A stretch of 64,000 nt of DNA from Pseudomonadota bacterium (lineage in GTDB: Bacteria > Pseudomonadota > Gammaproteobacteria > Ga0077536), in the NCBI GenBank assembly GCA_036130055.1, contig JAYYOR010000005.1:2533-66532 (forward strand). The letters are read 5' to 3'. Made by a program: the position numbers and the translations under genes. The notes beneath the pieces are model-generated. The model was not told where the DNA came from, made no database searches, and saw nothing but the letters and a program-made list of their open reading frames with translations. Within the stretch, counting starts at the first letter, position 1. Every line of letters starts with the position of its first letter. Shown one piece after another: positions 52,441 through 62,887 of the stretch.

Positions 52441-53376
52441 TTAATTTTTATTCTCATAGCGACTCAATTCTACCATTATTTTTGCTAAAGCATCATCAAT
52501 ACCATCACTTTCTACCCAAATAACATTCCTTTCCTTCTTAAACCAAGTCATTTGGCGTTTTGCTAGTTGCTTTGATTCTTTAATCGCCTGTGCTCTCATT
52601 TCAGAAAAACTAAGAGCCCCCATCAGATATAAGATTACTTGACGGTAGCCGACGGTATTGAGCCCGGGAGAATGAATGTTAACCGGGTTTCTTTGGAGCA
52701 AGAGCTTAACCTCGTTTATCAAGCCAAACTCGAGCATATTGTCAAACCTTTTTGCGAGTCTATCGTGATGCAAATTTTTATTAGGCTCGTGTATAACAAT
52801 TTTCAAAGGATTCTTTACTAATGGAACTTTACTTTCTTTGGAATGAAATGAAGAAAGTGGCTTCCCTGTTGCTTCGTACACTTCCAGGCCTCTTATAATT
52901 CTCTGCCTATCATGGGGATGCAGATTCGATGCCAGCTGAGGGTCTATATTTACTAATTTTGCATATAAGGTAGCCAAACCCATATTGTCCAATTCTTTTT
53001 CAACTTTTTCCCTAAATGATTTATCAACTTTTGGAACCGATGAAAGCCCTTCCTCAATGGCTCGAAAATAAAGACCTGTGCCACCAACAAAAAATGGGAG
53101 GCGACCTACATTAGATTTTTCTTTCAAAACAGAGCCGCAGTCCCTATAAAATCGTGCGACAGAATACCTCTCAGCTAAACTAATTTTTCCCGACAAGAAA
53201 TAATCTATTCCTATTTTTTCAAAGGGTGTGGGCAATGCACTACCAATTCGTAAATTCTTATAAATTTGAACTGAATCGACATTAATCACAAAAAAACAAT
53301 TAGTCGTCCTCAATCTACTTAATAACTTTGTCTTGCCTACTCCTGTTGGGCCCATAATAAAAATTGCGTCGTACAT
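52441..53376 (-). CDS. miaA: tRNA dimethylallyltransferase
   Basis: P-loop IMGPTGVGKT with a MiaA-like core; upstream of hfq. Confidence 0.9.
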   Translation of the reverse strand: MYDAIFIMGPTGVGKTKLLSRLRTTNCFFVINVDSVQIYKNLRIGSALPTPFEKIGIDYFLSGKISLAERYSVARFYRDCGSVLKEKSNVGRLPFFVGGTGLYFRAIEEGLSSVPKVDKSFREKVEKELDNMGLATLYAKLVNIDPQLASNLHPHDRQRIIRGLEVYEATGKPLSSFHSKESKVPLVKNPLKIVIHEPNKNLHHDRLAKRFDNMLEFGLINEVKLLLQRNPVNIHSPGLNTVGYRQVILYLMGALSFSEMRAQAIKESKQLAKRQMTWFKKERNVIWVESDGIDDALAKIMVELSRYENKN

Positions 53377-53386
53377 AAAAGTACTC

Positions 53387-54646
53387 TCAGTTAAGAGGCG
53401 GAATTTTCAATAATTCGCCCTCTTTTATTTTGTCTCCACTCAGACCGTTGACACGTTTTAATTCTTTTACAGCAATCCCAAATTTTAACGCTATCGCTGA
53501 AAGTGTGTCACCGTAGGTCACACGATAATCACCTAGATAACTTTTATTAGAATGCTCTAGTCCGAAATAATCGCAAACACCTCGATAAATCCAATGGGCG
53601 ATTTGCCTTTGAGCTTTAGGCTCACTAAGTCTTTTTTCTTCAACAGGGTTAGAAATGAACGCGGTTTCAATAAGAACTGATGGGATATCTAAAGCTTTCA
53701 AAACCATAAAACCCGCATATTGGACCATCGGCTGATGAACTGGACCAAAATTTCTTAACTGTTTTATTATTTTACCTGCCACCTTAACACTTTCTTCAAT
53801 AGTGGCTCTTTGCGAAAGATCAACCAATGTTTCCCATAAATCTTCATCCTTCTTTTCTCTTTTAATGTCGCCAATAAAATCGCTTTCATTCGATTTTTTT
53901 GCCAGCATCCGCGCTAACTCGCTACTCGCACCACTCTGAGAGAGAACATATACCGATGAACCTCGAGCCGATTGATTGTCAATTGCATCCGCGTGGATTG
54001 ACAAAAACAAGTCTGCATTAGAGTCCCGAGCGATTTTGACCCTTTGTCGTAAACGAATCTTATTGTCATCGCGTCGGGAGAGAATTGCGCGCATCTGAGG
54101 ATGGCTATCAATAAAATTAGCTAAATATACTGAAACATTCAGGGTAATGTGCTTTTCCAAGACACCTGTTGGGCCAACCGCGCCGCTATCTTTACCCCCA
54201 TGACCCGCATCTACAACAACCGCAAATTTTTTTTCAATATTTTTCTGGCTATTCCTAATCGTTTTACCATCCTCTATCTTTTTAATTATAAATGTAATTT
54301 GCGGTGCATCCTCTGAAGTATTTTCATTCAAAGTTAGCTGAGACGGATCAATAGTTAGCTCAACCACAAGGCGCAACACGTTATCGTTCCGAAAACCATA
54401 CCTAAGGTTCCGTACGAGTCCATTTGTAGATGCCGGGATTAAGCTAGGTTCAAAGTTACCATTAGTTTTAACATCTAAAACCAATCGCGAAGGTTCGCTC
54501 AAAAAAAAAGATGAAATAAATATAGGTTCATTACTCTTAACCTTAATTGCAGAAGAAGACTGTCGATTATCAATTTCGATCGACAAGGAAGCTTTTGCAA
54601 TCAAAGGGGAAAATTGGGCTAATAGATAGACGGTAACGAATACCAA
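53387..54646 (-). CDS. amiC: N-acetylmuramoyl-L-alanine amidase (AmiB/AmiC type) with an N-terminal AMIN domain and a C-terminal LysM
   Basis: Amidase_3 domain (…VVVDAGHGGKDSGAVG…); C-terminal LysM (YRVTYGDTLSAIALKFG). Confidence 0.8.
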   Translation of the reverse strand: MVFVTVYLLAQFSPLIAKASLSIEIDNRQSSSAIKVKSNEPIFISSFFLSEPSRLVLDVKTNGNFEPSLIPASTNGLVRNLRYGFRNDNVLRLVVELTIDPSQLTLNENTSEDAPQITFIIKKIEDGKTIRNSQKNIEKKFAVVVDAGHGGKDSGAVGPTGVLEKHITLNVSVYLANFIDSHPQMRAILSRRDDNKIRLRQRVKIARDSNADLFLSIHADAIDNQSARGSSVYVLSQSGASSELARMLAKKSNESDFIGDIKREKKDEDLWETLVDLSQRATIEESVKVAGKIIKQLRNFGPVHQPMVQYAGFMVLKALDIPSVLIETAFISNPVEEKRLSEPKAQRQIAHWIYRGVCDYFGLEHSNKSYLGDYRVTYGDTLSAIALKFGIAVKELKRVNGLSGDKIKEGELLKIPPLN

Positions 54647-54688
54647 TTCGTGTTTATATCTAATAATTCTAAATACCTCCCGTTTGAG

Positions 54689-55162
54689 TTAAAATCTTAG
54701 ATTACTAAGAAGCTCTTTTCCTTGCTGTGTGAACACAGTAAAAATAGCTTCGCGTCCGGATTCGAGTACATCGAATGTTACATTAATATCGACCTTTGAA
54801 ACGAAATTTAAATCAAACTTAGGCCATTCTACTAAATAAGTAGTTTGTGCTTTCGAACTCAGATCCAGTCCAAAATAATTTAACTCCCTTACGTCCTCTA
54901 CTCGGAACAAATCGAGATGAAATAGATCAAACGATTCAAATTCATAATACTCAATTAATGTAAAGGTCGGGCTTTTAACGTGGCCGTCGTACCCTAATGA
55001 GCGAAGAAAACCTCTAACGAAAGTAGTTTTCCCAGCCCCAATTTGACCCTCTAAAGTAACGGTTAGACCAGGTTGATGGAGGTTCCCTATTTTATTTCCA
55101 AGCGCCTCTGTTTCCATTTCATCTTTTACAATTATCTTCATCTCATTAGACACTTCAACCAA
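54689..55162 (-). CDS. tsaE: tRNA threonylcarbamoyladenosine biosynthesis protein TsaE
   Basis: P-loop GQIGAGKTTFVRGF; about 150 aa; follows nnr, as in the E. coli yjeF-yjeE order. Confidence 0.8.
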   Translation of the reverse strand: MVEVSNEMKIIVKDEMETEALGNKIGNLHQPGLTVTLEGQIGAGKTTFVRGFLRSLGYDGHVKSPTFTLIEYYEFESFDLFHLDLFRVEDVRELNYFGLDLSSKAQTTYLVEWPKFDLNFVSKVDINVTFDVLESGREAIFTVFTQQGKELLSNLRF

Positions 55163-56624
55163 TTAAACCTCGTATTATTGGCAATAAATCCGTCGGCAAC
55201 ATCCCTTTTAAACCCGAAATTCGAGCCCGATCTGCGGCTTGATTATGAATTGAGCACCCCAGACAAGCGGCATCAAAATTATTTAGACCTTGACCCATAA
55301 AGGACAAAATAATTCCTAAAAGCAAATCGCCCATTCCACCGGTAGCCATCCCGCTATGACCTCCGGAAATAATCCTGGGAATCCTTCCCATCCCGGCAAC
55401 AATGGTTCCTGGCCCTTTAAGGAGGCAAACCCCACCATATGTTTCGACAATCTTAGCGACTGACAAAAATCTATCAGATTCTATCTTGGATTCGCTGATT
55501 CCCAGAAGCCGTGCAGCCTCCTTGGCATGAGGCGTTAACACTCGATTATTATTGTAGCTCCGGTTACGAGCAAGGATGTTTAAAGCATCAGCATCAAAAA
55601 CAACGGGCTTTTTAAGATTTTGTATTTCTTGATACATTCGTTTGCTCCAATCAGACAGTCCCAACCCAGGTCCAATCCCAATTACTGAAGCACGGGACAC
55701 CAAACCTTCTAGATCTTTTATTCGTTTGATTTTATGAAACATTATTTCTGGTTGACCACTGATCAAGCCTTCGGAATTAGAAAAATGAGTTGCCAGCGAA
55801 ACTAAGCCTGAACCACTTCTCAAAGCTGCCTTACAAGAAATTAGCGGTGCTCCAGCATATCCCGGGGCACCGCCAATAACTAAGTTATGTCCATAATCAT
55901 GTTTATTTGAATATTCTCGTCTTGATGGAAGAAAATCCAATGATTCCTCAAAACCCAGAAGCTTGGAAGATGTCACCTTCTTCAATTCATCATCAACGTC
56001 CAATAATAGGTTATCCACGACAATTTTCCCAGAGTGGCTTTTACCAGCACCCGTTAAGCTACCTTGCTTCACAGCGAAAAAACTGACAGTCAAATCTGCT
56101 TTAACTGCAACATCATAAACCCAACCAGAAGAAGAATCGACTCCTGTTGGAACATCGATCGCAACAGTTACTGCGGGTGTGTCGTTGATATTTTTAATCA
56201 ATGACTTAGTTGCTGCAGATAGCTTTCGATTCAAGCCGACACCAAAAATCCCATCAACAATGACCGATGTGTCACATACTACATATTTATCAATATCAAA
56301 TATTGGTACATCTTGTTTTTTTAACTCTTTTTGAATGTGAAATTGGAGGGAACTTTCAGGATAATCTGAACGGAAAGCATATACTCTAACCGAGTAACCC
56401 TCTTTTTTTGCATGCCTCGCTACTTGGAAACCATCAGCTCCGTTTTTTCCAGGACCACAAACAATATCTAGTTTTTTTCTTGTCGGAAATTCATTTGAAA
56501 TTACTTCGAAAACCGCCCTGCCTGCCCGATCGACAAGTTCTTTTTCGGTTAGGTTAAACTTCTTGATTAATGCTTGGTCAAGCAATTTTGCCGATTGACC
56601 ACAAACCAGTTCATTGTAAGCCAT
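55155..56624 (-). CDS. nnr: Bifunctional NAD(P)H-hydrate epimerase/dehydratase
   Basis: N-terminal YjeF-N domain and C-terminal carbohydrate-kinase-like domain (…GGAPGYAGAP…); overlaps the tsaE start by 8 nt. Confidence 0.85.
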   Translation of the reverse strand: MAYNELVCGQSAKLLDQALIKKFNLTEKELVDRAGRAVFEVISNEFPTRKKLDIVCGPGKNGADGFQVARHAKKEGYSVRVYAFRSDYPESSLQFHIQKELKKQDVPIFDIDKYVVCDTSVIVDGIFGVGLNRKLSAATKSLIKNINDTPAVTVAIDVPTGVDSSSGWVYDVAVKADLTVSFFAVKQGSLTGAGKSHSGKIVVDNLLLDVDDELKKVTSSKLLGFEESLDFLPSRREYSNKHDYGHNLVIGGAPGYAGAPLISCKAALRSGSGLVSLATHFSNSEGLISGQPEIMFHKIKRIKDLEGLVSRASVIGIGPGLGLSDWSKRMYQEIQNLKKPVVFDADALNILARNRSYNNNRVLTPHAKEAARLLGISESKIESDRFLSVAKIVETYGGVCLLKGPGTIVAGMGRIPRIISGGHSGMATGGMGDLLLGIILSFMGQGLNNFDAACLGCSIHNQAADRARISGLKGMLPTDLLPIIRGLIG

Positions 56625-56630
56625 TTGCTT

Positions 56631-57185
56631 TCAAACACTATTGTTGAATATAGATTCCTTATAATAACGTAATTCTGCTATTGATTCTCTTACATCATCA
56701 ATTGCCCTGTGAGCGCCTTTCTTTTTAAATTTCAACTGGTCGGGATACCATAAGTTCGTAAGAATTTTTATGGAGCTTACGTCTAAATTTCTATAGTGAA
56801 AAAAATCATGTAAATTCGGCATCCATCTACGCAAAAATTGCCGATCTTGACAGATGCTATTGCCACACATTGGAGAAGTATCCGGCAAAATATATTCATT
56901 AAGAAATAGTAAAATCTCATTCTGTACGAACTCCAAAGAGTTCGTGCTTTCCAAGACCTTTTTATATAAACCTGATTTTTTATGCTGCCTAGTATTCCAG
57001 GAATCCATTGACTCCATTAATGATAGAGGCTGGCTGACAACCAAACTCGGACCCTCTATGATATCTGCACAATCTTTATCCGTAACTGCTACAGCAACTT
57101 CAATAATCTGATCTTTTTCAGGATCCAGTCCCGTCATTTCTAAATCAATCCAAACTAAATTAGTCTCTAATTTATTCATCGCCAA
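56631..57185 (-). CDS. orn: Oligoribonuclease
   Basis: DEDDh exonuclease motif (LVWIDLEMTGLDPEKDQIIEVA); 184 aa. Confidence 0.9.
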   Translation of the reverse strand: MAMNKLETNLVWIDLEMTGLDPEKDQIIEVAVAVTDKDCADIIEGPSLVVSQPLSLMESMDSWNTRQHKKSGLYKKVLESTNSLEFVQNEILLFLNEYILPDTSPMCGNSICQDRQFLRRWMPNLHDFFHYRNLDVSSIKILTNLWYPDQLKFKKKGAHRAIDDVRESIAELRYYKESIFNNSV

Positions 57186-57194
57186 AATTTCAAT

Positions 57195-57791
57195 TCAGTA
57201 TTTCTGCCTGCCCCGAAATGCATGCATTATAGTGGTGCTATTAACATATTCGAGCTCACCGCCAGAGGGAACTCCATGTGCGATTCGAGTTACCAAAACT
57301 GAGAAGCGTGCTCCCATTTCCTTTAGAAAAAACGCTGTCGCATCACCCTCCATCGTCATACTCGTTGCAGCAATTATCTCGCTGATGGTGCCAGCATTCA
57401 ACCGTCTCTCTAGATGTTCCAAGCCTAAGTCCTCGGCTAACACATTATCTAAAGGCGAAAGCCGTCCAAAAAGCACAAAGTATAATCCGTCATAATCTGA
57501 ATTGGATTCTATTGCCTCAACATCAAGTGGATTTTCAACAACGCATATTTTTGTATGATCCCTATCTGGATTTGAGCAAATTGGACAAATCTCCAATTCA
57601 CTAAAATTTCTACAACTTTTACAATGCTCTATTTTTTCCAAACATTCTGACAGTGTGTCTATCAGAACACGAGATTTGGCTTGCGCTTTTTCGATCATAA
57701 AAAAGGCCAGTCTTTGAGCCGATTTTGGCCCTATTCCTGGTAAAAACTGTAAAGCGTTAACCAAATCTTTAACAAGTGGAGAAGATTTCAT
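57195..57791 (-). CDS. recR: Recombination protein RecR
   Basis: C4 zinc finger (CKSCRNFSE…CPICS), a Toprim domain, and an N-terminal HhH (LPGIGPKSAQRLAF). Confidence 0.9.
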   Translation of the reverse strand: MKSSPLVKDLVNALQFLPGIGPKSAQRLAFFMIEKAQAKSRVLIDTLSECLEKIEHCKSCRNFSELEICPICSNPDRDHTKICVVENPLDVEAIESNSDYDGLYFVLFGRLSPLDNVLAEDLGLEHLERRLNAGTISEIIAATSMTMEGDATAFFLKEMGARFSVLVTRIAHGVPSGGELEYVNSTTIMHAFRGRQKY

Positions 57792-57809
57792 GCAGTTCGA
57801 TCGCCTATG

Positions 57810-59423
57810 TTATTCATCCTTTAACTCGAGACCACTTAGCTTCGCATCAAAAACTTCCTGCAGATCCCTTATCGGTGAGCGACCTAGCAACCTTTCCTTC
57901 TCTCTGGCTTTTTGCTGCTCTTGTTCTATTCTTTTTTGATTGGCTGGCGAGTCTAGTGAAGCTGTTGACTCTTCAACGGACACAATTACCTTTAAAGGCC
58001 TCGAATATGTATCAATTAACTTTTTTTCAATTGCATTGATGTAAGCCTGCTGATTGAGGTGCTGAAAATTAGCCGAAATTTTTAATGAAATAGTATTGTT
58101 TTTCAATTTTACCATTTCAGAATTATTCACAAGTTCTCCTGGAAGCCCAGACAGTTTAATTGATTCTACTATTTCAGACCACGTTAAACTGTCTATCAAT
58201 TTCTGGTGGGTGGGGTCTCCTTCTTTAAGTTTGTTTTTTTTTGTTGTTAAGACTACTTCCTCGACTTTTTTATCGGCGGTTATTTGGGAATGGATAACGG
58301 CTTTATCAGCAGGTAATGAAATAGAATCAGAATAACCTTCGGTAACCGGCATAAATGAGAGCAAACGAACCAGCATTATTTCAAATGCAATGATAGGCTC
58401 AACCGAATGGATGAGATTACGCTTTGTGAGCAGACAGATCTCAAAAAAAAGTTGGCAAATCTCAGGCTTGATTGTTTTTGCTAACATTAAAAGTTTTTCA
58501 TCATTCTCGGATAACTTGTTTGATTCCCCAATTGCCTGAAGCACTGCAATGTCCTTTAAAGTAGACAGCATCTGGTCAATTACAAGTTCGTAATTTGGCA
58601 CTAAATCAGCCAGATTGCGCGACAATCGAAACAAATTAGCTTTTTCTTTTTTTATTAAAAGTTCGAGAATCTCATTAATAATATTATCATCGACAATACC
58701 GAGCAATTTCGACACGTCTTCGGTTATGATGTCCCCTTCGCTTAAAACTATTATTCGATCGAGCAGACTCAAAGCATCTCTTGCACTGCCGTCTGCACTC
58801 TTTGCAATAATATCAATTGCACTTTTTGAGAATTTTATCTTCTCTCCGTTTAAAACCTTTTCAATATATTGATGAAGAAATTTCTGCGAAATTTTTTTTA
58901 AATTTAACTTGAGACAGCGTGATAAAACTGTTGCAGGAATCTTTTCATAATCAGTCGTTGCTAACAAAAATTTTACATGCTCGGGGGGTTCTTCTAGCGT
59001 TTTCAGTAATGCATTGAAGGAATGCTTTGAAAACATGTGTATTTCATCGATCAAATAAATCTTAAAACGGCCCTGGGTCGGGGTATATTGAACGTTATCT
59101 AATAACTCGCGTGTCTCTTCGACCTTTGTTCTAGACGCTGCATCTACTTCAATCAAATCAACCATATTGTTATTGTCAATTCCAACACAACTGTAACATT
59201 CGCCGCAAGGGGTGCTAGTAACCCCTTTATCACAATTTAGTGCCTTGGCAAAAATTCTAGCCATAGTTGTTTTGCCAACACCTCTAGTTCCGGTAAACAG
59301 ATACGCATGGTGAACTCGTTGAAACGACAAAGCATTGATTAAAACAGAAACAGCTTCGTGCTGCCCGACCACTTCATCGAAATTTTTTGGACGCCATTTC
59401 CGCGCTAAAGCCTTGTAACCCAT
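57810..59423 (-). CDS. dnaX: DNA polymerase III subunit tau/gamma
   Basis: AAA+ clamp-loader motifs (GTRGVGKTT, the zinc module CGECYSC, SRC motif in …LSRCLK…). Confidence 0.9.
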   Translation of the reverse strand: MGYKALARKWRPKNFDEVVGQHEAVSVLINALSFQRVHHAYLFTGTRGVGKTTMARIFAKALNCDKGVTSTPCGECYSCVGIDNNNMVDLIEVDAASRTKVEETRELLDNVQYTPTQGRFKIYLIDEIHMFSKHSFNALLKTLEEPPEHVKFLLATTDYEKIPATVLSRCLKLNLKKISQKFLHQYIEKVLNGEKIKFSKSAIDIIAKSADGSARDALSLLDRIIVLSEGDIITEDVSKLLGIVDDNIINEILELLIKKEKANLFRLSRNLADLVPNYELVIDQMLSTLKDIAVLQAIGESNKLSENDEKLLMLAKTIKPEICQLFFEICLLTKRNLIHSVEPIIAFEIMLVRLLSFMPVTEGYSDSISLPADKAVIHSQITADKKVEEVVLTTKKNKLKEGDPTHQKLIDSLTWSEIVESIKLSGLPGELVNNSEMVKLKNNTISLKISANFQHLNQQAYINAIEKKLIDTYSRPLKVIVSVEESTASLDSPANQKRIEQEQQKAREKERLLGRSPIRDLQEVFDAKLSGLELKDE

Positions 59424-59457
59424 AATTCATCTCATACAACAAAATATCAACATTAGA

Positions 59458-59560
59458 GTGATAGCCGCTTCACTCAACTATACCCAGAAAGTTCGATACC
59501 GTTGCTCCCTCTCGGGCCTGGCGGGGTTTTCGAGTTTCAGTCATAATTTTATACAAAACG
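59458..59560 (-). ncRNA. ffs: Probable signal recognition particle RNA (4.5S / ffs); boundaries approximate
   Basis: The minus-strand transcript contains …CCAGGCCCGAGAGGGAGCAACGG…. This matches the SRP RNA domain IV consensus (AGG-UCC-GGAA-GGA-AGCA): a GNRA tetraloop closed by CCC/GGG and an AGG/AGCA symmetric loop. Flanking GAAAC-UCGA / UCGA-AC-UUUC segments can pair as the terminal helix. It sits directly upstream of dnaX, the position ffs often occupies. Confidence 0.5.
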
Positions 59561-59683
59561 GCTATCAAGAAAATAGTAACATATTAACAATCTAGTTCGT
59601 GTACAATCATAAAACAAAAAAGTTTTAGCACCGAATTGTGGTATTATCAAATAAAAGCGTAATGAAACTTCAAAGGGAGCATC

Positions 59684-61759
59684 ATGGAATATAGAGTCTC
59701 TGTAGACACCGGCGGAACGTTTACGGATGTGGTAGTCACAGACAGTGACGGAAATTTTACTGTCGGAAAAGCACTTACCGATAAAAAACGAGCATTTAAC
59801 AGCATTAATTCAGGACTAGCTGTAGCGTCAGAGCAACTTCAAACAACAGTAGCAGAACTCCTATCAAAAACCAGCGTTTTCATTTACGGAACCACTAGAG
59901 CTACTAATGGGATAGTTGAAAGAAAAACAGCAAAAACAGCATTTCTCACCACTAATGGTTTTCCAGATATTTTATTATTGAAAGAGGGTGGAAAAACAGA
60001 ACCCCATAATTTATCGATCCCATACCCAGAACCCTATATCCCTAGAGACCTCACTTTTGAGATACCTGAACGTATCAATGCAGAAGGAGAAATTGAAGAA
60101 AAACTAGACACAGAATTTACCAAAGAGTTAATTGGAAAACTTCTTGAAACTGGAGTCGAGGCAGTCGCAGTCTGCTTCCTCTGGTCGGTGGCTAACCCAA
60201 AACATGAACTTGAAGTTGAAGAATTAATTCGTTCTATCAACCCAGAACTACCAATAACACTGAGTCACCGTTTGAACCCTATCGTACGAGAATATAGAAG
60301 AGCTTCATCAGCCGCTATTGACGCTAGCTTAAAGCCTCTTATGCAAAGCTACCTTTTAACTCTTCAAAAGGATTTAGCCGAAGCGGGATACCAGAACGAC
60401 GTTTTGGTGAGCACATCCTACGGTGGGGTGATGCATTTAACTGACATAGTCGAAAAGCCGATTTTTTTGGTCAAATCTGGGCCAGCCATGGCTCCAATTG
60501 CAGGTAAAGCTTATGTAAGTGCCGAGAGTCTTGATAATAATATTATCGTTTGCGATGCTGGCGGTACGACATTTGATGTAAGCTTGGTAAGAGATGGTAC
60601 GATCGAATTTTCTCGTGATACTTGGCTTGGACCTCGTTGGATGGGGGATAATCTTGGGATGGCATCAGTGGCCGTTCACAGTATTGGCGCAGGAGGCGGG
60701 TCAATTGCATGGGTCGATTCAGGAGGACTTTTGAGAGTCGGACCAAATTCCGCGGGATCAGAGCCAGGACCAGCATGCTACGGCTTGGGCGGAACAAATC
60801 CAACCGTAACAGATGCGGCTGTAATATTAGGCTACATAGACCCAGCCCATTTTCTTGGAGGTAGAATGGATCTCGATGAGAAAGCTGCTTATGAAGCTAT
60901 CGCGAAATTAGGCAACGCAATAGGACAGGATGTGGACAGAACAGCCTATGCCATCATGGCGGTCGCGAATGAGAATATGATAGAAGCCATTAAAGAACTT
61001 ACAATAAATGAAGGAATTAATCCCGCCGAATCAACTTTGGTCGCTGGAGGGGGTGCAGGAGGGCTCGGAATCATCCCTATAGCCAACGAACTAGGTTGCA
61101 AAAAAATATTAGTTCCCAGAACCGCTGGGGCATTAAGCGCTTCGGGAATGCAATTTTCAGACATTATAACCGAAGCCGGTGCCAGTAAATTAACAACAAC
61201 AGATGATTTTGATTATGACGGGGTAAATCTAGCGATTAACAAGATTAACAAAGATTTAGAAAATTTTAGAAAAAATCTAAATAATCGGGGCATCGAGGAA
61301 ACTGAGATTAGGTATTTTGTAGAAGCTAGATACAGATTCCAGGTATGGGAACTAGAGATCGAATTAAAAAATGGTGAATTCAAATCACAGACTGATATAG
61401 AAGATTTAATAGCTAAATTCCATCAAATGCATGAAAGAGTGTTTGCTATAATCGATGAAGGACAAACCGTAGAGTGTCTTAACTGGAGAGGTAGATTAAT
61501 AGGGAAAGTAGATGCTCCATCACTGGAGCCCTCCAGGACGTCTAGCGCAAAATCAAAAAAACACGACAGAGAGAAAGAAACCATCTTTGATGGCAAGAAA
61601 GTGAAAACTTCGATATATAAGGGAGAAGCACTATCAGTAGGAGACAGAATTTCAGGACCAGCGGTAGTTGAAGAGCCGACATCTACTCTAGTAGTATATC
61701 CCGGTTCCTCGGTGGTGGTAAGCGGAGGAGGTAGGTACATAATTAGTCTCAGCGACTAA
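59684..61759 (+). CDS. hyuA: Hydantoinase A / oxoprolinase family protein (HyuA; acetone-carboxylase-family subunit)
   Basis: N-terminus …VSVDTGGTFTDVVV… and length of about 690 aa are typical of HyuA. Confidence 0.8.
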   Translation: MEYRVSVDTGGTFTDVVVTDSDGNFTVGKALTDKKRAFNSINSGLAVASEQLQTTVAELLSKTSVFIYGTTRATNGIVERKTAKTAFLTTNGFPDILLLKEGGKTEPHNLSIPYPEPYIPRDLTFEIPERINAEGEIEEKLDTEFTKELIGKLLETGVEAVAVCFLWSVANPKHELEVEELIRSINPELPITLSHRLNPIVREYRRASSAAIDASLKPLMQSYLLTLQKDLAEAGYQNDVLVSTSYGGVMHLTDIVEKPIFLVKSGPAMAPIAGKAYVSAESLDNNIIVCDAGGTTFDVSLVRDGTIEFSRDTWLGPRWMGDNLGMASVAVHSIGAGGGSIAWVDSGGLLRVGPNSAGSEPGPACYGLGGTNPTVTDAAVILGYIDPAHFLGGRMDLDEKAAYEAIAKLGNAIGQDVDRTAYAIMAVANENMIEAIKELTINEGINPAESTLVAGGGAGGLGIIPIANELGCKKILVPRTAGALSASGMQFSDIITEAGASKLTTTDDFDYDGVNLAINKINKDLENFRKNLNNRGIEETEIRYFVEARYRFQVWELEIELKNGEFKSQTDIEDLIAKFHQMHERVFAIIDEGQTVECLNWRGRLIGKVDAPSLEPSRTSSAKSKKHDREKETIFDGKKVKTSIYKGEALSVGDRISGPAVVEEPTSTLVVYPGSSVVVSGGGRYIISLSD

Positions 61760-61966
61760 TCCAATTGGCTAAATTTCGAAATAGACCATAACTGTAACTT
61801 AATTAAAATGATGCTTCTCTAGATAAAGCAAGAAGATAACTAGCCCCTGGGAAGACTGAAAAAAATACTATCTCGTCCTCGGTTTAATTTCTTCTGGAAA
61901 CTTTGACCGAACATAGTCTTACTGGCATTTTCAAATAGGGGGTAGAGACCTTCGATATCACATACA

Positions 61967-62887
61967 TCATTGCTTATAACTCATTATAATATTTTTTGAA
62001 CGATACAAATTCACCCAAATGACTCCAATTATTGTAAGAATGCCACCAAACAGAACAACACCACTCAATTGTTCTTTGATTAAAAGATATGAAAGAAAAG
62101 TTCCAAAGATAGGTACCAAATTTAAATACATAGATGCGGGTGCGGTGCCCAATTCTTTTATTCCTTCATAATACCATAGAAAACCAAGTCCCATTGTTAA
62201 AACTCCTTGTGCTATCAGCACTATCACGACAATTGGTTCAGACAACATAATCACAGAGTTTTCGCCATTGAACGCCATATTTGGTATAAGAAAGATTCCA
62301 CCAAACAAACAAGAAAAAGCGGTTATCCAAATCGGGGAATTTTTTTCCAAAAGAGGTTTTGCAATTATTGAATAGAAACCCCAACCGACTATTGCTATTA
62401 GAAATAAGGCTTCACCAGTCCCTACTCCAGATTCCAAAATTTGAATAAAATTGCCCTCTGTAATCACAAGTAAAACGCCAATAAAACTTATAGCCGCACC
62501 TGCGAGCATTCCTGAACGAATTATCTTTTTGAAAAATATAAAATCGAGAGCCATTACGACAATAGGAATTGCGCCATTAATCAAAGCGCCTTTTGTTGCC
62601 GAAGTATACTGCAAACCGATAAACATAAGATAATTGTGAATAACAAATCCAAAAAAGCCGAGGATCATTAATTTTAAAATGATTTTCCTGTTTAAACTGA
62701 CGAGTTCTGTTCGAGTAATTCTAGCTAGTATCATTAAAAAAACAAAAGCGGTGAAAACCCGAATAACCACAATCGCCTCGGGCGCTTTGTAATGAGATAA
62801 CCAAACACCTATTGGATAAGAAGTAGCCCAGAACATGGCCATAAACGTTAATTTAATATGATTAAGTGCTTTAGGCTTTTGATTCAA
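61967..62887 (-). CDS. DMT-superfamily (EamA-like) transporter
   Basis: Ten predicted TM helices arranged as two EamA-like repeats. Confidence 0.75.
   Translation of the reverse strand: MNQKPKALNHIKLTFMAMFWATSYPIGVWLSHYKAPEAIVVIRVFTAFVFLMILARITRTELVSLNRKIILKLMILGFFGFVIHNYLMFIGLQYTSATKGALINGAIPIVVMALDFIFFKKIIRSGMLAGAAISFIGVLLVITEGNFIQILESGVGTGEALFLIAIVGWGFYSIIAKPLLEKNSPIWITAFSCLFGGIFLIPNMAFNGENSVIMLSEPIVVIVLIAQGVLTMGLGFLWYYEGIKELGTAPASMYLNLVPIFGTFLSYLLIKEQLSGVVLFGGILTIIGVIWVNLYRSKNIIMSYKQ

Noticed and set aside
57776-58039. An 87-aa plus-strand ORF spanning the recR-dnaX junction, considered as a possible divergent ybaB
   Set aside because: It is antisense to dnaX and shows no YbaB/EbfC features. 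ybaB appears to be genuinely absent from this locus.
61760-61966. A 207-nt convergent intergenic gap after hyuA, checked for a tRNA, small RNA or terminator hairpin
   Set aside because: No cloverleaf-compatible sequence or strong GC-rich hairpin followed by a U-tract was found.
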